A stretch of 64,000 nt of DNA from a virus (taxonomy: Duplodnaviria; Caudoviricetes): IMG/VR virus record IMGVR_UViG_3300035520_001860, positions 69,587 to 133,586 of that record; one strand, given 5' to 3'. Under the pieces are notes generated by a model. The model was given only the letters and a program-made list of their open reading frames with translations. It made no database searches and was not told where the DNA came from. Shown here one piece after another: positions 1 through 10,062 of this stretch; the first letter of the stretch is position 1, and each line of letters begins with the position of its first letter. Made by a program: the position numbers and the translations under genes.

Positions 1-2
1 AT

Positions 3-833
3 GGTTTATCAATCAATGATAACTTTTGGATTGCAAATGAGACAGAGGTTGGAAGAATAAAATATGAGGATATAAATCTGTTTACAAATTCATTAAACAA
101 GTCATTGTATTTAGTGGCATTATGTGGTGATGATAACTTCACAATAACTGATAAAAACATATCAGCAGAATACACAGGACAGGGAACATATCCAAAATGC
201 TTTATAAGAGAGAAAGATGGAATATACTTATATAAGAGTGGTCCAGTAAACGAAATAACAAACGAGATATACGCTGGATACATAGCACAGTTAATAGGAT
301 TTAAGTCAGCAAGCTATGAGTACAAGAAACTAAACAATATTGATTGTGTAAAATCAAAAATAATAACTGGACTTAATGAAAATTGGGAATCAGCATTTTT
401 ATTAAGTGAATACTTTAATGATGCATTTAAAGCAATTCCACAGGATATAGCTATCAGTAAGTACACAATAGAGTATTCTAATATGATTATATTTGATGCA
501 CTAGTACTAAACGATGATAGGCATATGAAAAATTGGTCATTTAGTATAGATGCTAACACAAACATTATCACTGGTATAGCACACAGCTATGATTATAATA
601 AGGCATTTGAAGCAGATAAAAATTCAAAAAGTGGATTGTTATTTGACGGATACAGAAAAATGAGTATATTAAGTGCCGCAAAGAGAGCTTATAGTGAATT
701 TGGAACATCACTAAGGTTAGACTATTTATACAATGTTCTTGATATGATAAACATTAGAATAAATAAAGACACTATGAAAAACAGAATATTATACATAATG
801 GGTAAAAAGTCAAATCAAGATAATTGCTATTAG
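3..833 (+). CDS. HipA-family (HipA_C-like) Ser/Thr kinase, 5'-truncated by the window edge
   Basis: Frame is open from nt 3 (GLSINDNFW...). Kinase motifs YLYKSG, NEIYAGYIA, FDALVLNDDRHMKNW and YDYNKAF. Confidence 0.75.
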   Translation, partial: GLSINDNFWIANETEVGRIKYEDINLFTNSLNKSLYLVALCGDDNFTITDKNISAEYTGQGTYPKCFIREKDGIYLYKSGPVNEITNEIYAGYIAQLIGFKSASYEYKKLNNIDCVKSKIITGLNENWESAFLLSEYFNDAFKAIPQDIAISKYTIEYSNMIIFDALVLNDDRHMKNWSFSIDANTNIITGIAHSYDYNKAFEADKNSKSGLLFDGYRKMSILSAAKRAYSEFGTSLRLDYLYNVLDMINIRINKDTMKNRILYIMGKKSNQDNCY

Positions 834-936
834 TATTAAATAGTAAAAGAACTAACAAAGAATTTATATATTATAGCAATTATACTATTATATAACAAAT
901 TACAATTCAATAATACAATGTAATATTTCAATAAAC

Positions 937-975
937 ATGCTGGTAAATAAGTAATACTTACTTACCAGCATTTTT
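937..975 (+). terminator. Intrinsic terminator
   Basis: atgctggtaa...ttaccagcat stem followed by a T run. Confidence 0.7.
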
Positions 976-1037
976 GTATATTAAGTGTATTTTTATTAAA
1001 ATATGAAACTAATATTAAAATGGAGGACATTATAAAA

Positions 1038-3272
1038 ATGGAAATAAGCAAGTTACTACTGTCTAATTACCTTCCGTACTGTAAATACACGATCCTTTCA
1101 AGAGCGATACCTGGCTTAGATGGATTGAAACCTGTACAGCGAAGAATATTATATTCAATGAATAACAACGGACTAGGTAAGACAGATGCAAGTACTGTAA
1201 AGAGTGTAAAAATAGTCGGTGATGTAATGGGTAAGTACCATCCACATGGAGATTCATCAATATATGAGGCTCTTGTTGGCATGAGTACTGGATATGAGGG
1301 ATTTAATATTCCATACATTAGAGGTAAAGGTTCATTCGGTAAAGTTTATTCAAGAGACTTACAGTGTGCAGCTCCTCGATATACTGAAGCAAAATTAACT
1401 CCAATCTGCTCAGAGTTCTTTGACGGAATTAAGGAAGATGCAGTTGATATTGTAGATAACTTTGACGGTACAGAGAAAGAGCCAACAATATTACCAGTTA
1501 AGTTTCCAAGTATTCTTGTAAATTCAAGTGCTGGTATCGCTGTAGGTATGAGTTCAAACATTCCTTCATTTTCATTGAATAATGTTTGTAAAGCAACTAA
1601 AGGAGTACTTGATGGCTCAATTAAAGATCCAGCTGGACTTGCTCCTGTATTAGGTGCTCCAGAGTTTACAACTGGAGGCTTTTTACATGCAGATATGAGC
1701 TCACTTGAAAAGTTGTGTGCTACTGGTAAGGGTTCTTTTGTAATATCTGGTAGAGTAGAAGTTTACTCTAATCAGATTGTAGTTACAGAGATTCCTTATT
1801 GTACAACGGCAGAAGATATCATGGATGCAATTGATGCACACATGAAAGATGGTCAAATTAAATTTGTAAAGAACGTTAGAGACGAAATTGGTCTTAATGG
1901 ACTTCGTATTGTAATCGAACTGAAGGCTGGTTACAATTCAAGAGAAGCTCTTAGAGAGTTATGCAGATTAACTCCTATTAGAAGTAAGATATCCTTTAGA
2001 ACAAGAGTAATTATTGATAATAGATGCAGAGAGCTGTCTATATTTGAAGTAATTACAGAGTGGATTAACTTCAGAGAAGAGAGTATCAAGAGAATATATC
2101 AGTTTAGACTTGCAAAGGATTCTGAGAGAGAGCATCTGTTATCTACATGGGATAACATTAAGAGTGATTTACACAATGTAGTTCAGATGATATCGAAGAA
2201 TACAGAGTCAGCAGCAAAGGCATTATTAATGTCAACATATAAACTTGATGAAATTCAGGCTGATTATCTGCTTGACATGCGAATTAGAAGCATTACAAAA
2301 GATAGAGCAGAGAAAGCATTGAAAGAGTTAAGTGATGTTCGTGAAGCTATTGCATATAGTAAGAAAGTTATCAGTGATTCATCAGAAAGACATAAGTTGA
2401 TTAACAGTGATTTAGATGAGATGATGCGTAAGTATGGGTCTGATAACAAGACACAGCTTGCTCCAGAACTTGATGAAAATGCAAATAAGGCGCCTGAAAC
2501 TAAGATTAGTGACGAGTTGACAACAGTAGTAATGACAAAGAATGGCTACATTAGACGTCTTACTAATATCAATGATATTAGTGGTACTTATGTATCAAGT
2601 AATGGTGAAGAAGAGGTATTACGTTGGGCAATTAAGAACAACGAGTACTTACTGGTGTTTGACAGATATGGTGTTGTACACAAGATTTTGGTTGATGATA
2701 TTGACCAGAGTCGTGGTAAGATGACAGAGAGACTCTTTGAAAAAGCAGGACTTGAAAAAGAAGAAGACCTGATTTATGCAGATGCTTGCGGAGATTACAG
2801 TGGATATTTCAATATAGTATATCCGAACGGCAGAGGAACAAGAGTACTTTACAGTAGTGCAAAAGGTAATAGAAAACAGTACAAAGGTTTATACGAAGAA
2901 GTTAAACCACAGTCATACTGGATTACAAAAGAAAATCAATTCTTTATGGTAACGAGCAGAAATAAAGCATCTTACTGTGATATTACAAGACTTGGAATAC
3001 TGTCTAACAGAACTGCATTTAAGGTAGCTAGAGTTGCAGTGGGAGATTACTTCACAAGACTTATTCCATACAAGGATATACCTAACAAAGAGTTACTTAA
3101 CCTTGATAAGTATAATAAGGATTATACAGTGTCCATTGGTGATGATGTGCTTTGGGTTGATGAAGAACTCATTAAACGAGTAAGAGAACAGAGAGAACAG
3201 CAACTTGAGCAGTTCAGAAAGAATGCAGAAGAGGAAGAAAGGCTTAAACAGGAAGCACAGCCAGAATCATAA
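1038..3272 (+). CDS. gyrA: Type IIA topoisomerase subunit A (DNA gyrase A / ParC family)
   Basis: RAIPGLDGLKPVQRRILY, YHPHGDSSIY, catalytic AAPRYTE, GIAVGM. GGAGG RBS favours the ATG at 1038. gyrA versus parC not resolved. Confidence 0.93.
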   Translation: MEISKLLLSNYLPYCKYTILSRAIPGLDGLKPVQRRILYSMNNNGLGKTDASTVKSVKIVGDVMGKYHPHGDSSIYEALVGMSTGYEGFNIPYIRGKGSFGKVYSRDLQCAAPRYTEAKLTPICSEFFDGIKEDAVDIVDNFDGTEKEPTILPVKFPSILVNSSAGIAVGMSSNIPSFSLNNVCKATKGVLDGSIKDPAGLAPVLGAPEFTTGGFLHADMSSLEKLCATGKGSFVISGRVEVYSNQIVVTEIPYCTTAEDIMDAIDAHMKDGQIKFVKNVRDEIGLNGLRIVIELKAGYNSREALRELCRLTPIRSKISFRTRVIIDNRCRELSIFEVITEWINFREESIKRIYQFRLAKDSEREHLLSTWDNIKSDLHNVVQMISKNTESAAKALLMSTYKLDEIQADYLLDMRIRSITKDRAEKALKELSDVREAIAYSKKVISDSSERHKLINSDLDEMMRKYGSDNKTQLAPELDENANKAPETKISDELTTVVMTKNGYIRRLTNINDISGTYVSSNGEEEVLRWAIKNNEYLLVFDRYGVVHKILVDDIDQSRGKMTERLFEKAGLEKEEDLIYADACGDYSGYFNIVYPNGRGTRVLYSSAKGNRKQYKGLYEEVKPQSYWITKENQFFMVTSRNKASYCDITRLGILSNRTAFKVARVAVGDYFTRLIPYKDIPNKELLNLDKYNKDYTVSIGDDVLWVDEELIKRVREQREQQLEQFRKNAEEEERLKQEAQPES

Positions 3273-3307
3273 TAGGACAGAATAAATTAGCAAGGAGCAT
3301 ACCATAA

Positions 3308-4894
3308 ATGTGGGATAGAATTACAGTACCTCTTGGTATAGAAAACTCATTAAGAAACATATTTGGAGCAATGATGCTCGGTGGGATTGACAGAACAAAT
3401 CCAGCAAACGTGCAACTGATAACTGAAAAAGTTACAGTTGCAAACGCTTGCAGACCAAGATTTTCTTCAGACTTCGTGTTTAATATATTCTATAATAACT
3501 ATGCTATATTCTATGAGATATTTGAGACTTTACAGGTAAGAACATTTACAGTAGAGCAGTTACAATCTATTGTTGAAACAAACAGAGACTTAATACTCGA
3601 TAGTCCATATATTGATAAGAAAAGATATTCTATGACAGAAAGTGGCAATATTGCTAGTGATGATGACATTATAAATGCAGTATCATCATCACTTGTAGAT
3701 GATTTAATATCATTATCTATGACTTATGTTACGGAAGAAGAATTTAGATCTTCATGTAGGATTTATATAGATTGGTATAAGAATACATTTGCAGAATTTA
3801 CAACCCTCAATATGGCATCTATTATGTCTGATGTAGGTTTTGATGTTAAGAAGCCAGGTAAGAGGGTTAGACACTATCAGGGTTTAGAGGATATGCAAGA
3901 GTATTACAATGAGAACATGCATATAATCAAATCTCTGTCTGAAGAAAGCAGAATACATAGTTTTGTATTAGACGAAAAGTGGTTAAGCGATGAGTTACAG
4001 TCTGAAAGTAAGCAAGATAACAATGCTTTATTTACAATAGGAATTAAAGAAATTGATGCAACGGTAGGAGAACTTCGTAGAGGCAACATGCTAGGTGTTA
4101 TGGGACCTCCGAAAGGTGGAAAAACACGATTTACTAACTACTTAGTACAGAGAGCATTGTCAATGGGGCTTAATGTTTGTGTATGGCCTCTTGAGGGTAC
4201 ATCTGATGAATGGGAAGCAATGCAGATATCTTGTTTCTTAGCACAAAGTTCCTATAATGACTTAAAGTCAAGAGGAAAGTCTGGTGCAATGATTAGAATT
4301 TCAAGTAAGGATATCATTGATAAAAGATATATAAACTCACCAGAAATAAGAAAGCAGGTAGCAGGTGCTAAACAGATAATGGCTACAAGTCCTCAGTACG
4401 GAAGATTATCATTCATTGAAGGAACTGCTTATGTAGAGGACTTTTTGGATGTGTTAGAAGCTCACTACCAGAATGAAAATCAGTTTGACATATTGGTTAT
4501 AGACCAGTTAGTAAATATTATGTCAAAGAAAGGAAAAGGTAAGGTAGAGAGAATATCTGAAGCTTATATGGAGACAAAGAACTTTCTCGCCAATAGATTA
4601 AAGCGTCCAGCTTTAGGTATTATGCCAGCACAGCTTAAACAAGACGTTGTCGATTTCTTGAGAAGAAATCCGGAAGAGACAATTGACGTAACAAGCGGCG
4701 GTGAATCAGCTGAGACGGTGCGTACGCCCGATGAGGTGATCGGATTGTTCAGCTCGAAAGAAGAGCGTGATAACAATATAATGAAGATATACAGCGTAGC
4801 TTCAAGGCATAATGGCTCATTCCAAGATTTTCAATGCAGGTGCTACTTAGAGAGTTGTTTCTTTCTAAGTCAAGATGAAGACATACAGCAGTAG
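3308..4894 (+). CDS. DnaB-like (SF4) replicative helicase
   Basis: Walker A GPPKGGKT, PLEG, Walker B ILVIDQL, AQL, and an H4-like GGESAETVRTPDEVIGL. Confidence 0.8.
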   Translation: MWDRITVPLGIENSLRNIFGAMMLGGIDRTNPANVQLITEKVTVANACRPRFSSDFVFNIFYNNYAIFYEIFETLQVRTFTVEQLQSIVETNRDLILDSPYIDKKRYSMTESGNIASDDDIINAVSSSLVDDLISLSMTYVTEEEFRSSCRIYIDWYKNTFAEFTTLNMASIMSDVGFDVKKPGKRVRHYQGLEDMQEYYNENMHIIKSLSEESRIHSFVLDEKWLSDELQSESKQDNNALFTIGIKEIDATVGELRRGNMLGVMGPPKGGKTRFTNYLVQRALSMGLNVCVWPLEGTSDEWEAMQISCFLAQSSYNDLKSRGKSGAMIRISSKDIIDKRYINSPEIRKQVAGAKQIMATSPQYGRLSFIEGTAYVEDFLDVLEAHYQNENQFDILVIDQLVNIMSKKGKGKVERISEAYMETKNFLANRLKRPALGIMPAQLKQDVVDFLRRNPEETIDVTSGGESAETVRTPDEVIGLFSSKEERDNNIMKIYSVASRHNGSFQDFQCRCYLESCFFLSQDEDIQQ

Positions 4895-4916
4895 ACACAC
4901 TAGAAAGGACACATAA

Positions 4917-6809
4917 ATGACACAATCAACTTTTATAGATATAACTGGACAAACTTTCAATGAGCTTACTGCAATAAGATGTATAGACTCAAAAACTAGA
5001 CTTTGGGAGTGGCAGTGCTCCTGCGGAAAGATATGCACAGCACGAAAGAATGATGTAACATCAGGTAAAAAGAAATCCTGTGGTCATTTGTCAAACCGTG
5101 GCGGAGCCAATATAAACATAGGAGATAAATTTGGAGAGTGGACTGTCATTGAAAAACTTGAGGATAGGCACTACTTATGTAGATGCTCTTGTGGAACAGA
5201 AAGAAGTGTACACTCATATGACTTAAGAAAAGGTAAAACCAAATCCTGTGGGCACTTAACAAAAGGTACATCTACCAATGGTAGGAAAGACTTAACAGGT
5301 CAGAAAATAGGAGAGTGGTCCATTGGAGAATACATAGGGGATGGTTTATACAAGTGTACATGTTCATGTGGAACAATCAAGAATCTCAGAGGCACATACT
5401 TAAGAACTGGTCAGTCTAAATCCTGTGGTCATATAACAAATAAGTTTCAAGACTTAACAGGAAAGCAATTTGGCGAGTGGACAGCTATAGAGTACATGGG
5501 TGAATACATGTGGAAATGTCAATGTTCCTGTGGAATCATTAAGAGTGTAGCCTCATATGAATTAACACACGGTAACTCAACAAACTGTGGACACAAACGA
5601 ACAGCAGATATACTAGGAAAAAGATTTACAAGGCTTGTAACAAAAAGGTATATAGGAGATAACCTGTGGGAGTGCCAGTGTGATTGCGGTAACGTTGTAA
5701 ATGTATTAACAAGTAACTTAGTACATGGTTCAACAAAATCCTGTGGATGCTTAAAAGATGTTAAAAAGCAGCAGTTGGCATCAGACATTAAGAAAACAAT
5801 TTATGACTACACATTATCAAATGGTCAATCACCATTTGCAGAGGATGTAGCAACAGCACTTGATATTACAACAGCAACAGTTCACAAATATGTAAATGAA
5901 AATAATTTACAAGATTGCTTAAACAAACATTTTGGGAGTAAAGCAGAACGAGACATATATAACATATGTAAGAAGTCAGAATATAGTGTAATATCACGAG
6001 ACAAATCAATACTAAACGGAAAAGAACTCGACATCTACCTCCCAGACAAGAAACTCGCAATCGAGTTTAATGGGAACTATTGGCATTGTGACGATAAACT
6101 TTCCAAAGATTATCACCAACACAAAACCATCGAATGTGCAAAGAAAAAGATTAGACTAATACACATATTTGAATACGAATGGGGAGATAAAGAGGTACAG
6201 TCCAAACTAATAAAATTAATTCAAACAATAGTCAATGACACTAGAAAGTCAATAGGAGCACGAGAAACCGAAATCAAAGAAATCACACAAGCAGAGTCAG
6301 ACACCTTCCTAGACAAGTATCACTTACAAGGAAAGGCTCAAGCAACAATTCATCTAGGATGCTTCTATAGCAACGAACTAATAGGTGTGATGACCCTAGG
6401 TTCTCCACGATTTAACAACAACTATCAGTATGAAATAGTAAGACTTTGTTGGCGCGACGACATCAAAGTCTCAGGCGGTGCTGAAAAACTCTTTCACTAC
6501 TTCGTAACAAAATACAAACCACAATCAATCATAACCTACACAGACATTTCCAAATTTACTGGCAATGTTTATACACGCCTTGGGTTCAAACTAATACAAC
6601 CAGACTTCATCACAGAGCCGAACTATAAATGGGCAAGTGCAGCAAATGATTTGGTACTATCCCGTTACGAAACCCAAAAGCACAAACTCATAAAAATGGG
6701 ACTCGGCACAGAAGACCAAACCGAAACTGAAATAATGAGAAGCAATAACTTCTTAAGAGTATATGATTGTGGAAACCTACGATTAGAGTGGAAAAGCACA
6801 GACACATAA
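4917..6809 (+). CDS. Free-standing homing-endonuclease-like protein (five Cys-rich repeats + PD-(D/E)XK nuclease + C-terminal domain)
   Basis: Five DxxG..FGEWT...CxCG...KSCG repeats; ELDIYLPDKKLAIEFNGNYWH nuclease motif; C-rich codon usage differing from neighbours. Confidence 0.75.
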   Translation: MTQSTFIDITGQTFNELTAIRCIDSKTRLWEWQCSCGKICTARKNDVTSGKKKSCGHLSNRGGANINIGDKFGEWTVIEKLEDRHYLCRCSCGTERSVHSYDLRKGKTKSCGHLTKGTSTNGRKDLTGQKIGEWSIGEYIGDGLYKCTCSCGTIKNLRGTYLRTGQSKSCGHITNKFQDLTGKQFGEWTAIEYMGEYMWKCQCSCGIIKSVASYELTHGNSTNCGHKRTADILGKRFTRLVTKRYIGDNLWECQCDCGNVVNVLTSNLVHGSTKSCGCLKDVKKQQLASDIKKTIYDYTLSNGQSPFAEDVATALDITTATVHKYVNENNLQDCLNKHFGSKAERDIYNICKKSEYSVISRDKSILNGKELDIYLPDKKLAIEFNGNYWHCDDKLSKDYHQHKTIECAKKKIRLIHIFEYEWGDKEVQSKLIKLIQTIVNDTRKSIGARETEIKEITQAESDTFLDKYHLQGKAQATIHLGCFYSNELIGVMTLGSPRFNNNYQYEIVRLCWRDDIKVSGGAEKLFHYFVTKYKPQSIITYTDISKFTGNVYTRLGFKLIQPDFITEPNYKWASAANDLVLSRYETQKHKLIKMGLGTEDQTETEIMRSNNFLRVYDCGNLRLEWKSTDT

Positions 6810-6882
6810 AGAAAAGACTATTACATATACGTCATTTTCAAAAAAATATAAATTTTGATTTTATGAAAGGGAGAGCAATGAC

Positions 6883-7551
6883 ATGGCTGAATTTTCAAAA
6901 GAGCTTTTAGATATGATGACTGAATTTATGATTTGTGAAGTCGGAGCAAAAGTACTTGATGGAATTACATATACTATGTTATTAAAGAGTAATGATAAGG
7001 ATGTAGAAACCTATAAGAGATATATGACAATACGTGAAGAGGCTACAAGATGTGGTTATTCTGATACAGAGGTATTCAGAGTATGGAACGTATCAAATGG
7101 TTATATATTCGATATGGATTTGTTTACAGCTAAACAGATTACAGCAGAGCTGTCTAAGTCTGTATCAGAGGCTAATGGAGGGCAAACACCTGCTGGTGAT
7201 CTTATTAAGGATATGCCCGATAGAAGAAGAAAGAATGACATAGTAGATTTAGCTAAATATCTTAAAAATGAGTATGACAATGGACGTAGAGAGTTAGAGG
7301 TAGCACTGTTTAATAGGAATTCTACAAATAGAATAGTACTTAACGGCACTGGACCTAACGATGAAAAGATATCTTTAAGATATAGTGCATTTGCACTTAG
7401 ACCTTGGGATATTGAGATTGTCAATGAAAAATTTTTAATACCAGCAGGATTTAGAGTTAAACGCATACAGCCATGTGAGATTTTTCCTAAGAAACAGGGA
7501 GTAAGTTTTATATTTACATTGGAATCTATGGAAGAATACGAGGCAAGATAA
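6883..7551 (+). CDS. Hypothetical protein
   Basis: 222-aa ORF with GGGAG RBS. Confidence 0.7.
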   Translation: MAEFSKELLDMMTEFMICEVGAKVLDGITYTMLLKSNDKDVETYKRYMTIREEATRCGYSDTEVFRVWNVSNGYIFDMDLFTAKQITAELSKSVSEANGGQTPAGDLIKDMPDRRRKNDIVDLAKYLKNEYDNGRRELEVALFNRNSTNRIVLNGTGPNDEKISLRYSAFALRPWDIEIVNEKFLIPAGFRVKRIQPCEIFPKKQGVSFIFTLESMEEYEAR

Positions 7552-7901
7552 TGGTTTCTTTAATAATATTCTGTGCAGCAGAAGCAATATTTCTCTTAAA
7601 CTTATTAAGGGAAATATTTGTTTTTAAGGATATAAAAAGCTGCTTTTATTGTGGTCATTGTAACACTTTCAATGAGGAAATATCCAGAATAGGAAAGTGT
7701 AAAAAATGTCATAGAGCAATAAAAATTAAAGGTAACACTTGGGATCATATGTTACTACATAGAGTTAATTGGATACCAGCAAAAAGTAAAGGTGAGGTAT
7801 TCAAGTGGAAAGATTATAAAAAGCTATCAATAATTGAAATAACAATAAATTGTATAGCAATGTTCATTATATTTATTGGAATATTAACAGAACTAATATA
7901 A
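7551..7901 (+). CDS. Hypothetical membrane protein with CxxC pairs
   Basis: Hydrophobic N- and C-termini, CGHC and CKKC; coupled to the upstream stop (TAATG). Confidence 0.6.
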   Translation: MVSLIIFCAAEAIFLLNLLREIFVFKDIKSCFYCGHCNTFNEEISRIGKCKKCHRAIKIKGNTWDHMLLHRVNWIPAKSKGEVFKWKDYKKLSIIEITINCIAMFIIFIGILTELI

Positions 7902-7917
7902 ATCGGAGATAGGAAAA

Positions 7918-8853
7918 ATGAAATTTACAGTTAGAAGACCACAACAAATTCAAGATGGAAGCTTAGTAATGATGGATTGTACACTAGAAGATATATGTGT
8001 ACAACAATATGCAATTTTAAGTATTGATGGCTCAACAAGCAATTCAGGTTTAGCTATCATGAGAGAGTCAGATGGAGCACTGATGTATTCAATGTGTGCT
8101 ACACGAGATTCAAATGGTGAGACACCAGTCCATTATAAGATTAGACTTAAACGTCAAGTAGCAGACATACTTAGAAGAAATAAATACATTACACAAGTCA
8201 TGTATGAAGAGCCTGTAGTTGCAAATATTACAGCTGTAGCAAATCTATTTATGTTAAGAGCATTTATGGAAGAGCTTATAATCGAGAATGAACCTGAGTT
8301 CGACTATCTTAAGTATTATGAAGTCCCAAACATGAAGTGGAAGAAGGAATTTCTTGCTCCAGACAAGATACCAAGTGGGTCAGAAAATCAGAAAAAAGCT
8401 GTAAGAGCAAAGTTAGAGTCAGGATTGCCATTTCTAAACAAGGTAACACAAGATGAAATTGATGCTATCTGTATGGGATATGTAGCTTGTACATATCTAA
8501 AAGATGGTAGGGGTGCAGAAGAACTTGAATCAAAGAAGAAAGTAAGACCATTCAAATATAACAGTTTGTTTATAGGTGCTAACAGCGATGATGATATGCT
8601 TGTTGAGTTTGCAGACATGTACAATGGACCAAAGAAGCTACTGGAGAATGGAATTAGCTTTACTGAAATAGATGGTAAGACTAATTTTGAAAAACACATA
8701 TATCAGACTATGGGGCAAGATGATGATAAGATATTGATTATTAAATTTTCATCGAAACATCATGGAAATGTAATACTTGAACATAGAATTGGTAACCTCT
8801 CAGCACAATATGATTATATTTATGCAGTTGTATGGAGAGTTACACGCAAATAA
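7918..8853 (+). CDS. RuvC-like Holliday junction resolvase
   Basis: ILSIDGSTSNSGLAI, YEEP, WKK and DEIDAICMG acidic motifs of the RuvC fold. Confidence 0.75.
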   Translation: MKFTVRRPQQIQDGSLVMMDCTLEDICVQQYAILSIDGSTSNSGLAIMRESDGALMYSMCATRDSNGETPVHYKIRLKRQVADILRRNKYITQVMYEEPVVANITAVANLFMLRAFMEELIIENEPEFDYLKYYEVPNMKWKKEFLAPDKIPSGSENQKKAVRAKLESGLPFLNKVTQDEIDAICMGYVACTYLKDGRGAEELESKKKVRPFKYNSLFIGANSDDDMLVEFADMYNGPKKLLENGISFTEIDGKTNFEKHIYQTMGQDDDKILIIKFSSKHHGNVILEHRIGNLSAQYDYIYAVVWRVTRK

Positions 8854-8868
8854 TGGAGGTTAATCACA

Positions 8869-9447
8869 ATGGCAAAATGTGAATGGTGCGGAAGGACAGT
8901 TAAATCTCTCAATATGATTACAGATAATTTTACAAATACAACATGTAATATTTGTGATTCATGCAATAAAAGCTACGAGGAACATGAGTGTATAAAGTGT
9001 GGAGCAACTTCATCAATACTTATAAAAGGTATGTGTACTAATTGCTACCAAACTGTAATGCACAGTAAACAGGTAAGAAAAGAGGAAGCAATAAACGGTT
9101 TGTCACCTGACGCAGCTCGTTCAGTTATGAGCGATGTTGAAATGACAGATAAAGACTTTGATGATTGGATGACAATGGGTAAAGCATTTTCTACAAAGGA
9201 TTTGAAAGAAAGTGTCGAACTAAGAAGAATCTGGATCATGGTTAAGCTAATGACAGCTGGTATTAAAGATCAGGATGTTATTAATGAAAACGTAGCAGAT
9301 ATTGAAACACTATTAGATAGATGCTTTTCAAAGATTATAAATAATAAATGCAAGTTAATAATTGCATATGATAAAGAAACAAGAAGCTTGGTAAAAAGAA
9401 GTGAAGTAATTGATTATTTAAACCAAGTATACATTATCAAAGCATAG
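8869..9447 (+). CDS. Hypothetical zinc-finger protein
   Basis: Four N-terminal CxxC motifs; GGAGG RBS. Confidence 0.65.
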   Translation: MAKCEWCGRTVKSLNMITDNFTNTTCNICDSCNKSYEEHECIKCGATSSILIKGMCTNCYQTVMHSKQVRKEEAINGLSPDAARSVMSDVEMTDKDFDDWMTMGKAFSTKDLKESVELRRIWIMVKLMTAGIKDQDVINENVADIETLLDRCFSKIINNKCKLIIAYDKETRSLVKRSEVIDYLNQVYIIKA

Positions 9448-9460
9448 GGGCATAGATGAA

Positions 9461-9841
9461 GTGGAAACTATAAAATGTAGCCATTGTGGCAGGGATATTA
9501 GAAAAGACAAGAATAAGCTTGTAGTAGACAATGAAGAATATAAGCTTTGTGGTAAGTGTTCAACAATACTACTTAGATTTGTAAAGAATAAGAATCTTGA
9601 CGAGATACCTATAACAACTAAAAATAGGTCAATATATAAAATACAGGATTATGGTGAAGAAAGAATCAGACATGAATATTGTGTAGAAGGACTTACTACC
9701 AGTGAGATAGCACTAAAGATAGGCATTAGTCAATCTTCATTATCAAAGTATATCAGGCAGAATGGGTTTAAAAGATCAAACAAAAGAGAAGTAAGTGACA
9801 GTGAGTCAGATAAGGAGAGCCACACTTGTGGTGTGGTTTAA
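9461..9841 (+). CDS. Zinc-ribbon + HTH DNA-binding protein
   Basis: CSHC/CGKC, then LTTSEIALKIGISQSSLSKYI helix-turn-helix. Confidence 0.6.
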   Translation: METIKCSHCGRDIRKDKNKLVVDNEEYKLCGKCSTILLRFVKNKNLDEIPITTKNRSIYKIQDYGEERIRHEYCVEGLTTSEIALKIGISQSSLSKYIRQNGFKRSNKREVSDSESDKESHTCGVV

Positions 9842-10062
9842 GTAGTGTAGTCAACATAGATAAAGTAAGAACGGATAGTAGAGTACGAAGAAAACTTGCT
9901 GAAATGGAACAACACACAGATAACTTACCTTATGATTGTTGGAGATGTGCTTACAGAGATTCTGATGTAAATATGTGTTGGTATACAATGACAACTAATA
10001 AAGTCAATAATCATAACAAAGAAAGTTGTGATCACTTTGTAAACGAGGATAATTGGGAATGA
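9826..10062 (+). CDS. Small Cys-containing hypothetical protein
   Basis: Fills the gap in the operon; CWRC..C..C; start uncertain. Confidence 0.45.
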   Translation: MWCGLSSVVNIDKVRTDSRVRRKLAEMEQHTDNLPYDCWRCAYRDSDVNMCWYTMTTNKVNNHNKESCDHFVNEDNWE

